Source: Alphaproteobacteria bacterium (GTDB lineage Bacteria; Pseudomonadota; Alphaproteobacteria; GCA-2731375). Taken from it: DNA of 64,000 nucleotides. The stretch spans positions 6,688,001 to 6,752,000 of the forward strand of contig CBDDPY010000002.1 in the NCBI GenBank assembly GCA_965232515.1, read 5' to 3'. The translations under genes and the position numbers were made by a program. This document shows positions 1-9,857 of this stretch, one piece after another (the stretch's first letter is position 1; each line of letters begins with the position of its first letter). Under the pieces are notes generated by a model. The model made no database searches. It saw nothing but the letters and a program-made list of their open reading frames with translations, and was not told where the DNA came from.

Positions 1-172
1 TCGGTTCCGATTGCTGGTCTTGGCGAGCGGCCGGCCGCTCGGTCTCGCGCGCGTCGCTGTCCGGGTTCTTGTGAACCTCGGTCAGAACATCGGAAAACTG
101 GTCTTCAGACCCCGGCTGACCGTTTACCTTTGGCGGCGGCGGGGCGGTCGGGGCGACGGGCAAGACGTTCAT
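1..172 (-). CDS. N-terminal part of a gene running off the window edge, possibly flagellar hook-length control protein FliK
   Basis: Hand translation from ATG at 172: MNVLPVAPTAPPPPKVNGQPGSEDQFSDVLTEVHKNPDSDARETERPAARQDQQSEP, open to position 1. Pro-rich low-complexity start, sigma54 motif upstream, flagellar context. Confidence 0.45.
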   Translation of the reverse strand, partial: MNVLPVAPTAPPPPKVNGQPGSEDQFSDVLTEVHKNPDSDARETERPAARQDQQSEP

Positions 173-218
173 ACTGACACCAGGTTGCTCGCACTGCGGA
201 ATCGATTGGCCGCACACA

Positions 219-234
219 AGCAAGGGTCAGGCCA
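219..234 (-). promoter_or_regulatory. sigma54 (-24/-12) promoter
   Basis: Minus strand reads TGGCCTGACCCTTGCT: GG-N10-GC spacing with TTGC at -12, upstream of the ATG at 172. Confidence 0.65.
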
Positions 235-316
235 AGCAGTCTCCAATTTAAGTTGTTGAAATCATTGGGTAAGCGCCGCCTTGTCGATCAATCGCGGGCG
301 GCAGCTTCGACCGGTC

Positions 317-353
317 CGGCAGAACCTGCCGAGCCTGCGGGTGGTTTTTGCCG
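317..353. promoter_or_regulatory. ftr-like (FlbD-type enhancer) sites
   Basis: Perfect inverted repeat CGGCAG-AAC-CTGCCG (317-331) and a second partial site ending TTTGCCG (353), about 85-120 bp upstream of the sigma54 motif. Confidence 0.5.
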
Positions 354-381
354 GGAGGTCTTCACAACCCGTCAGCCCGCG

Positions 382-396
382 TTAACGGATTATTAG
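382..396. promoter_or_regulatory. CtrA-like box
   Basis: TTAA-CGGATTA-TTAG, one mismatch to TTAA-N7-TTAA, in an AT-rich patch upstream of the Sel1 gene. Confidence 0.4.
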
Positions 397-482
397 TCAA
401 ACGTCACACATGATTAGGGTTAATGCGACCTTTCGCCGGTCTGGGCGGGTCGCGCGTCGTCGTACCAGAAGGAACCGTTCAA

Positions 483-1175
483 ATGTCGAATGCGGATTCT
501 GCGACAGAGGCCTATGACCGCGGTGATTTCGCCACGGCGATGGAAGAATGGCGCCAGCGTGCCGATGCGGGTGACGTTGAGGCACAGGTCAATCTCGGCT
601 TCATGTACAGCAGCGGCAATGGCGTTGAGCAGGACTTCGCGAAAGCACATGCGTTGTTTAGCAAGGCGGCGGAGCAGGGTCACCGCGAGGCCGAGTATAG
701 TCTTGGGGTCCTGTACGGAACCGGACTCGGTATCGAGCACGACAGCGCCGAGGCGGCCTATTGGTTCACAAGGGCGAGCGACAAAGGGCACTCGTCAGCG
801 ATGTGCAACCTGGCCTCTCTCTATGAACGCGGCGAGGGCGTGACCCAGGATTTCGTCAAGGCGGTCGAGCTTTACGGCAAGGCGGCGGAATCCGGCAATG
901 TCGTGGCGATCTTCAATCTCGGCGTGATGTGTGAGAACGGGGTCGGGGTCGCGCAAAACTTCGAGCGTGCGATTGAGTTCTACCGCGCAGCGGCGGATGT
1001 CGAGTTCCCGCCGGCGCAATACAATCTTGGCGTTTTGCTGGCCCAGGGCTTGGGCACCGACGTCGACCTCGACGGCGCGAAGGTGTGGTTCAAGCGGGCG
1101 GCCGACCACGGCTACGAGCTGGCGCAACGCAATCTTGACATGCTGGCGGAAGACAAAGCGGCGGCGGCGCGCTGA
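483..1175 (+). CDS. Sel1-like repeat protein
   Basis: Five SLR units (AQVNLGFMYSSGNGVEQD, AEYSLGVLYGTGLGIEHD, AMCNLASLYERGEGVTQD, AIFNLGVMCENGVGVAQN, AQYNLGVLLAQGLGTDVD). ATG at 483 after GAAGGA; ORF track starts at 423. Confidence 0.9.
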   Translation: MSNADSATEAYDRGDFATAMEEWRQRADAGDVEAQVNLGFMYSSGNGVEQDFAKAHALFSKAAEQGHREAEYSLGVLYGTGLGIEHDSAEAAYWFTRASDKGHSSAMCNLASLYERGEGVTQDFVKAVELYGKAAESGNVVAIFNLGVMCENGVGVAQNFERAIEFYRAAADVEFPPAQYNLGVLLAQGLGTDVDLDGAKVWFKRAADHGYELAQRNLDMLAEDKAAAAR

Positions 1176-1290
1176 GCTCAGCGGCGTTCGTTTCCCGCCG
1201 ATTTCGTCGTCCGACGGTCCTGGCCGTCGTTTCTCAGCCGTTCCCGGCAATACCGCGGTCCGAACGGACTGGCGGCGCCCGCGACAGACT

Positions 1291-1306
1291 TGGCCTCAGG
1301 CTTGCA
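1291..1306 (+). promoter_or_regulatory. sigma54 promoter upstream of flgK
   Basis: TGGCCTCAGGCTTGCA matches -24/-12 spacing; ftr-like CGGCAGCATTTGCCC at 1446-1460. Confidence 0.65.
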
Positions 1307-1538
1307 AGTCAGGCAGCAGTGAAACTGAAATCCTGTCGGTGGAGCTCTGCCCTCGTCATGACTGCGACGAAAATAATTCAATCGCGACGGCCAGTTAGCA
1401 ATAGGCCGCGCATCGAGGTGCGCCGCCGGCCATCGGCCAATCGGGCGGCAGCATTTGCCCATGCGCGGCGGTCGGTTGCCGGTCGGTGGCAGCTTCTTCC
1501 CAGCGCGATGCCGACGCCAGCTTCCGAGGTCTGAACCC

Positions 1539-3650
1539 ATGTCACTGGATGCCGTATTGCGCTCCGCAATTACCGGCCTGAATGCAAGCCAGGCAGCGCT
1601 GCGCGTCACGTCGACCAACATCGCGAACGTCAACACCCCAGGGTATGCGCGTCAGGAGGTGCAGTTCGCCACCACCGTGGTCGGCAACGAGACGGCCGGC
1701 GTCGAGATCAGCGGTATTCGCCGCATCGTCGACGCCTTTCTGCAAGGCGAACTCGTCAACGCCACCGCCAACGCCTCATACCACGAGCGGCAGGCCGAGC
1801 TGCACGACAAGCTGCAAACAGTGCTGGGCCGGCCCGATGGCGGCAACACGCTGGCCGCGCGCCTCGACAAGATGTTTGCCTCGTTGGCCGAGACCGCGGT
1901 CGAGCCCAGCGATATCGCGCGTCGCATCGGCGCCGTGAGCGACATTCAGACACTGGCCGACGACATCGACAGGATCGCCCGGCAGGTCAACACGCTGCGC
2001 GCCGACGCCGACCGTCAGATCGCCAGCGACATCAACACGATCAACGCGGCGCTGGAAGAGATCTTCGAGCTGAACCCGCTGATTAACGAGCAGATGCTTA
2101 TCGGCGGCGAGACGTCGGGTCTGGAGGAGCGCCGTCAGCAGGCGATCAACCGGATCGCCGACATCGTCGATATCCGCGTCATCACGCAGCCGGATGGCTT
2201 CGTCAACATCGCCACCCGATCCGGTCTCGTGCTGCTCGACAAGACGCAGCGGCAGCTGCAGTACACGCCGAACGGCCAGGTCGACACCTCGAGCCAGTTC
2301 AACCAGATCACCGTCAACAAGGTGGATTCCATCACCGGGGTCGTGGCCTCGACCGGCGATCCACTCTATCCGGGCCTCCGCTCCGGCAGTCTCAAGGGGC
2401 TGCTCGACATGCGCGACAAGGAGCTGCCGGAGATCCTGAGTTCCCTCGGCGAGTTGTCTTCGCGCGTGATCGACCAGCTGAATGCGGCCCATAACGACAA
2501 TTCGCGCGTGCCGGCGCCGAATGCGCTGACCGGCCGCAACGTCGGCGCGTTGGGAACCGATCCGCACGGCTTCACCGGCGATGCGACCTTCGTGGTGCTC
2601 GACGCCAACAACGAGATCGTGTCGCAGTACACCGTCAACCTGGACAATCCGGCGCTGGTTACGCTGAACGATGTGATTGCGGATGTGAACGGCAATCTGA
2701 CAGGCGGCACGCTGGCGCTCACCAACGGCGTCATGAGCCTGACGGCGACGGCCGGCACCAACGGGGTCGCCATTCAGCAATCCGCCGCCGATCCCAGCAG
2801 CCGCGGCGGGCGCGGCTTCGCCCACTACTTCGGCATGAACGATCTGATGGAGGCCCGTGGGCCCGCCCACTTCGATACCGGCCTGACCACGGCGGCGGGG
2901 CACGGTTTCGGCGCCACCGGCACGGTGTCGATCTCGCTGCAGGGGCCGGGCGCACAAGTTGCCACGACCTATACGCTGAACTTTGCGTCGGTCGGCGGCA
3001 CCGTCAACAACGTGCTTTCCGACCTGAACACCAACTTCGCCGGTTTCGCGACCTTCGGGCTCGACGGCAACGGCAAGCTGACGGTGACGCCGGCGGCAGG
3101 CTTCGGGGATTATGTCATCAACGTCAGCAGCGACAGCACCGGTCGCGGCACGACGGGCGTGACGTTCTCGGAGTTCTTCGGCCTGGGCGAAAGGCACCGT
3201 CAAGACGCGGCCTTCAACGTCAAGCTAAAGGACGCGATCAAGGCCGATCCGAACCTGTTGGCGCTGGCCAAGGTCGACCTGACGGCCGGCGCGGGCGTGC
3301 CGGCGCTGACCACGGGCGACAATCGCGGCGCCTTGGCCCTGCAGGCGGCCGAGACCGCCGCGGTCGGATTCGATGCGGCGGGCGATCTGACCTCGATCAC
3401 CACGACGCTCGCCAGTTATGCCGGTGCGCTTCTCTCGACCGTGGGGCAGGAGGCCGACAAGGTATCGAACCTGTCGCAGGACCGGGAAACGCTGCGGGCC
3501 GAAATTGAAGCCAAGCGCGAGCAGATATCGGGCGTGAACCTGGATGAGGAGCTCGCCAACATGATCATCTACCAGCAGTCCTACAACGCCGCCGCGCGCA
3601 TGATCACCACGGCGAACGAGATGTTCGACGCGCTGTTGAGCGTGACCTGA
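1539..3650 (+). CDS. flgK: flagellar hook-associated protein 1
   Basis: N-terminal GLNASQAALRVTSTNIANVNTPGYARQ and C-terminal SGVNLDEELANMIIYQQSYNAAARMI; ATG at 1539 after GAGG. Confidence 0.95.
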   Translation: MSLDAVLRSAITGLNASQAALRVTSTNIANVNTPGYARQEVQFATTVVGNETAGVEISGIRRIVDAFLQGELVNATANASYHERQAELHDKLQTVLGRPDGGNTLAARLDKMFASLAETAVEPSDIARRIGAVSDIQTLADDIDRIARQVNTLRADADRQIASDINTINAALEEIFELNPLINEQMLIGGETSGLEERRQQAINRIADIVDIRVITQPDGFVNIATRSGLVLLDKTQRQLQYTPNGQVDTSSQFNQITVNKVDSITGVVASTGDPLYPGLRSGSLKGLLDMRDKELPEILSSLGELSSRVIDQLNAAHNDNSRVPAPNALTGRNVGALGTDPHGFTGDATFVVLDANNEIVSQYTVNLDNPALVTLNDVIADVNGNLTGGTLALTNGVMSLTATAGTNGVAIQQSAADPSSRGGRGFAHYFGMNDLMEARGPAHFDTGLTTAAGHGFGATGTVSISLQGPGAQVATTYTLNFASVGGTVNNVLSDLNTNFAGFATFGLDGNGKLTVTPAAGFGDYVINVSSDSTGRGTTGVTFSEFFGLGERHRQDAAFNVKLKDAIKADPNLLALAKVDLTAGAGVPALTTGDNRGALALQAAETAAVGFDAAGDLTSITTTLASYAGALLSTVGQEADKVSNLSQDRETLRAEIEAKREQISGVNLDEELANMIIYQQSYNAAARMITTANEMFDALLSVT

Positions 3651-3670
3651 TCGGTGAGGGGATAGACATC

Positions 3671-4624
3671 ATGACCCGCATTTCCACCTACGGACAGAAT
3701 CAGATCCTGATCACGCAGATGCTGCGCAATCAGGCCGACTTCCAGCAGTCCCAGGTCCAGGTCGCGACCGGCAAGAAGGCGATCAACTTCCAGGGTTTCG
3801 CCAACGAGTCGAGCGCGCTTCTCAGCGCGAAGACGGTACAGACCCAGACGAAGACCTATATCGGATCGAACCAGCAGCTGATGCAGCGGCTCGAGCTCTA
3901 TAACCTCTCGCTCGGCGAGATCGGCAATATCGCCGATACACTGCGCGAGGACATGATCAAGGCGGTTAACCTGAACTCGGGCCTCGGCCTCATCGACAAA
4001 GTCGAGTCGCAGCTCGACCGGCTGATCAGCCAGCTCTCGACGACCTACGAAGGAAAGTTCATCTTTGCCGGCAACTCGTCCGAGACCAACCCGATCAACA
4101 TCAGCGACACCGCCAGCCTGCTCGCCCTGCCGGCCTCGGCGAACGCGTTTCAGAACAGCCAGCTGAAGCCCAGCCTCTCGGTCGATGAGAACCAGACGCT
4201 GGAATATGGCGTGCTGGCCGACGACGCGGCAGGCGGGGTGTTGGAGGCGATGTACCGCATTCTGCAGTTCGAGAACGGCACCCTGCCGACCGGCGCCGGG
4301 GCGTTCGCGCCGGCCGGCAGCTTCAGCGACCCGCTGACGCCGAACCAGCGCGATTTCATCATCTCGGAACTGACCAACGCGGTCGCGGGCATTGACGCGG
4401 CGCGCCAGGCAGAGGCCAAGAACGGCGTCAACCTGCAGATGATCGACCGGTTGATCGACCGTCAGAGCGAGGAGCTCGGGTTTCTCGGCACGTTCATCCA
4501 CGATATCGAGGACATCGATGCCGCCACGGCGATCTCCAAGCTGAACCAGGATCAGACGACGCTCGAGGCCTCGCTGCAGACCATCGCGCGCCTGAACCAG
4601 ATCACGCTTCTGCAGTTCATCTAG
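3671..4624 (+). CDS. flgL: flagellar hook-associated protein 3 (flagellin family)
   Basis: MTRISTYGQ..QVATGKK, GKFIFAG, C-terminal IEDIDAATAISKLNQDQTTLEAS..LLQFI; directly after flgK. Confidence 0.9.
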   Translation: MTRISTYGQNQILITQMLRNQADFQQSQVQVATGKKAINFQGFANESSALLSAKTVQTQTKTYIGSNQQLMQRLELYNLSLGEIGNIADTLREDMIKAVNLNSGLGLIDKVESQLDRLISQLSTTYEGKFIFAGNSSETNPINISDTASLLALPASANAFQNSQLKPSLSVDENQTLEYGVLADDAAGGVLEAMYRILQFENGTLPTGAGAFAPAGSFSDPLTPNQRDFIISELTNAVAGIDAARQAEAKNGVNLQMIDRLIDRQSEELGFLGTFIHDIEDIDAATAISKLNQDQTTLEASLQTIARLNQITLLQFI

Positions 4625-4645
4625 CCACTCGGGGATTGAACGCTT

Positions 4646-5665
4646 ATGACGGCGCAGGACATTCAGATCGGCGGGATCGACCTGGTTACCGGCGGCGCCG
4701 GTTTCATCGGCAGCCATTTGGTCGACCGCCTGTTGGCCGACGGCCGGCGGGTGCGCGTCATCGACAGTTTCGTCTCCGGTGGGCCGCACAATCTGGCCCA
4801 CCTGAAGGATGATGCCAGGCTTGACCTGCGGCAGATCGACATCCGCGACCGCGCGGCGACCATGGCGGCGGCGTCGGGCTGCGAGCGGGTGTTCCATCTC
4901 GCGGCGCTGGCTGACATCGTGCCGTCGATCCAGATGCCGGACGCCTATCACGACACCAATGTCGGCGGCACCTTCAACGTGCTGCAGGCGGCGCGCGAAG
5001 CCGGGGCGAAGCGCTTCGTTTACGCCGCCTCAAGCTCCTGCTACGGCATCCCCGACACTTATCCGACGCCGGAGACGGCCGAGATCCGGCCGCAATACCC
5101 CTATGCCCTGACCAAGTATCTGGGCGAGCAGATGGTGCTGCATTGGGGTCAGGTCTACGGGCTGCCCGTGGTGTCGCTGCGTTTCTTCAACGTCTACGGT
5201 CCGCGGTCGCGCACCTCAGGCGCTTATGGCGCGGTGTTCGGCGTGTTCCTGGCTCAGATTCTGGCCGGCCAACCGCTGACCGTCGTCGGCGATGGCGAGC
5301 AGACGCGCGATTTCACCTTTGTCGGCGATATCGCCGACGCGGTGGCGACGGCGGCGGCGAGCGACGTCTCGGGTGCCGTATTCAATGTCGGCACCGGTCG
5401 TGACGTCAGCGTCAACCGCCTGGTGGCGCTGCTGGGAGCGGCCGACAAGGTTCATCTGCCGAAACGTCCGGGCGAGCCGGACTGCACGCTGGCCGATGTG
5501 CGTCTGATCCGCGAGCGGTTGGGCTGGCAGGCCAGCACGCCGATCGAGGACGGCGTCGCCGTGATGCTGAAGAATATCGATTATTGGCGCGCGGCGCCGG
5601 TTTGGACGGCCGACAAGATCGCCGACGCGACGAAGGACTGGTTCCGCTACCTGTCCGACGGCTGA
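4646..5665 (+). CDS. NAD-dependent nucleotide-sugar epimerase/dehydratase
   Basis: [15 protein letters not shown] catalytic motif, RFFNVYGPR. Confidence 0.92.
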   Translation: MTAQDIQIGGIDLVTGGAGFIGSHLVDRLLADGRRVRVIDSFVSGGPHNLAHLKDDARLDLRQIDIRDRAATMAAASGCERVFHLAALADIVPSIQMPDAYHDTNVGGTFNVLQAAREAGAKRFVYAASSSCYGIPDTYPTPETAEIRPQYPYALTKYLGEQMVLHWGQVYGLPVVSLRFFNVYGPRSRTSGAYGAVFGVFLAQILAGQPLTVVGDGEQTRDFTFVGDIADAVATAAASDVSGAVFNVGTGRDVSVNRLVALLGAADKVHLPKRPGEPDCTLADVRLIRERLGWQASTPIEDGVAVMLKNIDYWRAAPVWTADKIADATKDWFRYLSDG

Positions 5666-8310
5666 TCTGACAGATCGATACAGCGCGGCGCTTCGCCGGC
5701 CAGATAACTCTTCCACATCGCCTGGATGCTGGCTTCGAGATTCTGCCGGTGACGCTCGGTATCGAATAGCGCGCAGCCGTCGCGCTTCGCCACCAGCCGG
5801 GCCTTCAGGTCGGCGAGCCGCTGTGGCTCGTGCGCCAGCGCGACCGCTGTCTCCACATAGGCCGACAGATCGTCGACGATGAGCTCCGGCATGCCGGCGG
5901 CGCTGACCAGCGTCGCGCCGAGACGGGCCGGCGGCGTGTTGCCGAACATGGTCAGGACCGGCAGACCCGTCCACAAGGCATCGACAGTCGTAATGCCGCC
6001 GCCATGATGAAAGTTATCGAGCGCCAGATCGGCCTGTGCCAGCCGGGCGCAATGCCATTCATGCGGCACGATGTTGGCGAACCGCAGTCGCTCCGGATCG
6101 ACTGCGTGATCTAGCGCCTCGCGCCAGAGGTTGCGCTTGGTCGCGGTGGTCCAGTCGCCGAACCACATGACGCTGTTGGGTACCCGCTTCAGGATGTCCA
6201 TCCAAGCCTTGAAGATGATCGGCTCGAACTTGCACGGATGGTTGAAGTTGGCGAAGACAAAAGCCCGGTCCGGCAGGCCAAGCTCGGCTCGCGTCGGCTG
6301 CCAGTCGGCGATCGGCTGACGCACGGTCGCCATGAACGTGTCCGGCATGTAGACCAGCTTCTCGCTGCAGAGATGTTGCCATTCCGGTGGAATGTAGATC
6401 CGGTCGGTGATCAGGTAGTCGATATAGTCGGCGCCCGTGGTGATCGAATAGCCAAGATAGTGGGCCTGCACCGGCGCCGGCCTGAGCGCCATGATCGGCA
6501 TGCAGTTGAGGGCGGTCAGACCGGCCACGTCGATCAGCACGTCGACCTTGTCGTCGTGAATGATCGCGGCACCGGTATGGGGGTGTCGAAACGGCAAGTC
6601 GGTGAAGTGGTCGAATGTCTTTCGATAGCTGACGCTGAACTCGCCGCCGTTGCAGGGCTGAGTGCAATAGCCCAGCACCTCGAAGCGGTCGCGGTCGTGA
6701 CCGGCGACGATGTCCTTCAGCACCAGCGGCAGGCTGTGAAAATGCGTGTAAGGCAGCAGGTACCCAAGCCGAATTCGTTTACCGCGGCCGATCGCCGGCG
6801 CGGCATGCGCATACGGTGCGCCGGGACGCTTTCCCTGAACCTCCTCGGCGACACTGCCGGCGCGATTGACAGCCGCATCGGAGATGAATGAATAACTGAC
6901 GGGCAATGCTTGCAGGTTGAAGACGTCGAACCTGATCGGATCGCCGGATTCGATCTGGTCCGCGATGCGGTCAATCAGCGCCGCCGTCCGATCGTCGTAG
7001 TCCCGCCAGTCGCAGATGCTCAGCGTGAGGTCGAAGAGTCGCGCCTCGGCCCGCTGGTTGTCAGGACATATCTGCAGGATTCGCCGGTAGAGCTCGATCG
7101 CCTCCTCTTCGAGTTTCAGCGACTCCAAGAAGCCGGCGGCAACCGTCAGGTTATGTACGCTGTCGTCGCAAAGCGGCAGTATGGCGCGGAGATGTTGCTG
7201 AGCTTCGGACTTGCGGCCCATGTCGATCAGGCACTTGGTCATGCTCAGGTTCGCGCTCACGAGCTCAGGCTCGAAGGCGATGGCCCGCTTGCATGCGGCC
7301 AACGCCTCGTCGAAGCGTCGTAAGTTCATCAGTGCGACGGCGAGGTTGTTCCAGATGCCCGCGGCTTCCGGCAGGCGGCGGTTCAGCATTTCGAGAATGG
7401 GCAACGCCTCGCGGTGGCGCTCCAGATCGAGCAGCGTCGTGGCGCGTTCGATGGTCGGCCCCAGCGCTGGCGCCAGCTTGCGTTCGGCTTCCTCAAAGCA
7501 GCTCAGCGCCGTGTCCAGATCCGACAGGCAGCGATGGCACAGGCCCAGATTATGAACCGACAAACCATCGTCGGGATTGAGTTCGAGCGCCCGTTGAAAA
7601 GCATCGACGGCGCTCTCCAGGTTCCGCCGCTGCAGCTCGATCACACCGTAGGTATGCCAGCCGTGAGCATAGTCTGGGTGTTGCGCGACCAGCAGTTCGG
7701 CCGCGTCGGCCGCGTCGTCAAGGCGATCGGCATTGCGAAGCGCTTCCGCCAGACTGGCCCGGATAGCTGGTGCTGGCGATAGCTCGGCGGCCCGCTCCAG
7801 ATACTCGATCGCCAGGTCATGGTCTTCGGTCTCGTAGAAGCTCAGACCGAGGTGCAAATTCGCATCGGCGTCCTTGGGCTCGCGGACCAACACGTCCTGC
7901 AGCGTTTGCCGTCCGGCACCCGTCTGGTCCAGCGCGAGTTGACAGATGCCGAAGTTCCGCATCACCTCCAGCGCGTGCGGATCTGCTTCCAGGATTCGCC
8001 GATAGTGGCCGGCTGCCTCGGCGACGTGGCCGACGACACGAAGACAATCGGCCAACAGGGCGCGCTCTTCGAGTCGGTGCGGCTCGCCGTCGACCAAAGC
8101 AGCCAGGATCTCGATCGCTTCCTGGTGCCGACCGACAGCGCCCAGCACCAAGGCCATGTTGCGTTGGGCCGCCGCATTGTCGGGCTCGACCGCCAGCGCT
8201 TCGCCGTAGAGCTCCAGGGCGCGCTCGAACTCGCCTTTCGCCGCAAGGAGGTCCGCCGAGACGACGATGGCGCCCGCGTCCTGCACGGCTTCTGCCAGAT
8301 GACTGTTCAT
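5647..8310 (-). CDS. TPR-repeat O-GlcNAc transferase/SPINDLY-like (GT41) glycosyltransferase
   Basis: About a dozen N-terminal TPRs; C-terminal APVQAHYLGYSITTGADYIDYLITD, FANFNHPCKF, GGGITTVDALWTGLPVLT. Confidence 0.88.
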   Translation of the reverse strand: MNSHLAEAVQDAGAIVVSADLLAAKGEFERALELYGEALAVEPDNAAAQRNMALVLGAVGRHQEAIEILAALVDGEPHRLEERALLADCLRVVGHVAEAAGHYRRILEADPHALEVMRNFGICQLALDQTGAGRQTLQDVLVREPKDADANLHLGLSFYETEDHDLAIEYLERAAELSPAPAIRASLAEALRNADRLDDAADAAELLVAQHPDYAHGWHTYGVIELQRRNLESAVDAFQRALELNPDDGLSVHNLGLCHRCLSDLDTALSCFEEAERKLAPALGPTIERATTLLDLERHREALPILEMLNRRLPEAAGIWNNLAVALMNLRRFDEALAACKRAIAFEPELVSANLSMTKCLIDMGRKSEAQQHLRAILPLCDDSVHNLTVAAGFLESLKLEEEAIELYRRILQICPDNQRAEARLFDLTLSICDWRDYDDRTAALIDRIADQIESGDPIRFDVFNLQALPVSYSFISDAAVNRAGSVAEEVQGKRPGAPYAHAAPAIGRGKRIRLGYLLPYTHFHSLPLVLKDIVAGHDRDRFEVLGYCTQPCNGGEFSVSYRKTFDHFTDLPFRHPHTGAAIIHDDKVDVLIDVAGLTALNCMPIMALRPAPVQAHYLGYSITTGADYIDYLITDRIYIPPEWQHLCSEKLVYMPDTFMATVRQPIADWQPTRAELGLPDRAFVFANFNHPCKFEPIIFKAWMDILKRVPNSVMWFGDWTTATKRNLWREALDHAVDPERLRFANIVPHEWHCARLAQADLALDNFHHGGGITTVDALWTGLPVLTMFGNTPPARLGATLVSAAGMPELIVDDLSAYVETAVALAHEPQRLADLKARLVAKRDGCALFDTERHRQNLEASIQAMWKSYLAGEAPRCIDLSDQPSDR

Positions 8311-8463
8311 GCGCTGTCAGCAATCAACTTCATGCGGTCGTCCCGATTATCCAGGACGGACAATTATCCACCACCGGCGCAGCGGAATTCGGCGTAGGCC
8401 ACCTAGCTGTCAAATCAGCGGCACCGCCAGCGTCGGAATTCCCAAATGGTGGATCAATTAGGG

Positions 8464-8521
8464 TTGATGCTCGGTTAATGCCGGGAGAATTGTGTTTCTG
8501 GCTGCCTTAACAATTCCTTAG
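8464..8521. promoter_or_regulatory. two CtrA-like boxes in a divergent promoter region
   Basis: TTGA-N7-TTAA (8464-8478) and TTAA-N7-TTAG (8507-8521). Confidence 0.45.
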
Positions 8522-8621
8522 GCATACCGCGAAAAACTCTCGGCATGGCGGCAGCGCGATTGATGCGCATTTTCGGCCGCGAGGATCGGCTTTGTTCGGC
8601 CAGGTATCGAAGGTCAGGGGA

Positions 8622-9806
8622 ATGTTGGACATCGGCCTTTATCGGATGAGCGAGAGCCTTGCAAAACAGGCAATCCGCACCTGGCGGTACGCCCAGGTTC
8701 ACCGGCTGGATGTCTTCGAAAAGGCCGGCTTTCCGGTTCGGATCAGCAACATCGGGGAACTCGATCAGATCGTCGGCTCGATGCACAACAATGACCGGTT
8801 CATCGAACTCCAGGCGGAAATCGCCGGGTTTGACGGCGCCGACCTCGATTTGTTCACCGCCGCACTTGCGGATTTCTACGAGTTTCATGCGACGGCATTT
8901 CGCCGGCCCGAGATCACCATGCCGCTGGCGGAGATGATCGCTCATCTGGCGATCTACAAGATGATCTCCGCCTATCGGTCCGACTTCCGCAGCGTGCTCG
9001 AAATCGGCCCCGGCAATGGACTTTTGGCCTTCTTCCTGCGCCGTCATACGGCGCTGGAGAACTACACCCAGATCGAAGCCTGCGAGTCGTTCTACATGCT
9101 GCAGAGCCTGATCTGCGCGCACCTGTTCGGTTCGGCCTTCGACGAGTGGGCCCGGCCGCGAGGCATGGACGCGGCCGCCAACTGCTACGTCGGCGATGGT
9201 CAGGTCGCGGTGCAGCAGTTCACGCGCAAACCCGAACTGAACCCGACCCTTCCGCTGGACGTCGACACGTTGTGCCATCACGTGCCGTGGTGGCGGATCG
9301 GCGAGGTCGCCGAGCGCGGCTGGACATTTGACGTCGTCACCTCCAACGCCAACCTGCTCGAGTTTACGCCCGAGGCGCTGAACGACTATGTGTCGCTGAT
9401 GCATCAGGCCCTGGCCGACGACGGCATTCTGTACGTCCAGTGTTTCGGCGGACGCGTCAACGGCCAGGTCGCCGACGCGGTTGCCAAGCTTTATGCCGCC
9501 GGCTTCCGTTCGCTGCTTCTGGTCCCGGACGGCGGCACGCTGTCGGGGCACGAGAGCGGTCTCGAAAAGCGCCTGGCGCTCGGCAACGGCGTCTTCGTCA
9601 AGGAAGGTCATAGCGAATTCGATAAAGCGCCGTCGGCACCGCCCGCCGAGCACGTGAGCGATTGCGACACCGTCCGCCGAATGTGCTTCAGCACGCCCTT
9701 GGAAGGGCGCCGTCAGGTTAGCGAGGCCGACGTCCTGCAAGTCGTCACAGCCGAGAACCGACGTCGTCGCACCACGTCGCCGCGAGCAACCCGTGCGGCC
9801 GCGTAG
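8622..9806 (+). CDS. SAM-dependent methyltransferase-like protein (putative sugar modifier)
   Basis: VLEIGPGNG motif I-like and FDVVTSNANLLEF; start uncertain (8592/8622/8646). Confidence 0.6.
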   Translation: MLDIGLYRMSESLAKQAIRTWRYAQVHRLDVFEKAGFPVRISNIGELDQIVGSMHNNDRFIELQAEIAGFDGADLDLFTAALADFYEFHATAFRRPEITMPLAEMIAHLAIYKMISAYRSDFRSVLEIGPGNGLLAFFLRRHTALENYTQIEACESFYMLQSLICAHLFGSAFDEWARPRGMDAAANCYVGDGQVAVQQFTRKPELNPTLPLDVDTLCHHVPWWRIGEVAERGWTFDVVTSNANLLEFTPEALNDYVSLMHQALADDGILYVQCFGGRVNGQVADAVAKLYAAGFRSLLLVPDGGTLSGHESGLEKRLALGNGVFVKEGHSEFDKAPSAPPAEHVSDCDTVRRMCFSTPLEGRRQVSEADVLQVVTAENRRRRTTSPRATRAAA

Positions 9807-9857
9807 CGACATGCATTCCGTCAAGAACCCGCGCTGAAACGAAAGCACGGCTTCATC

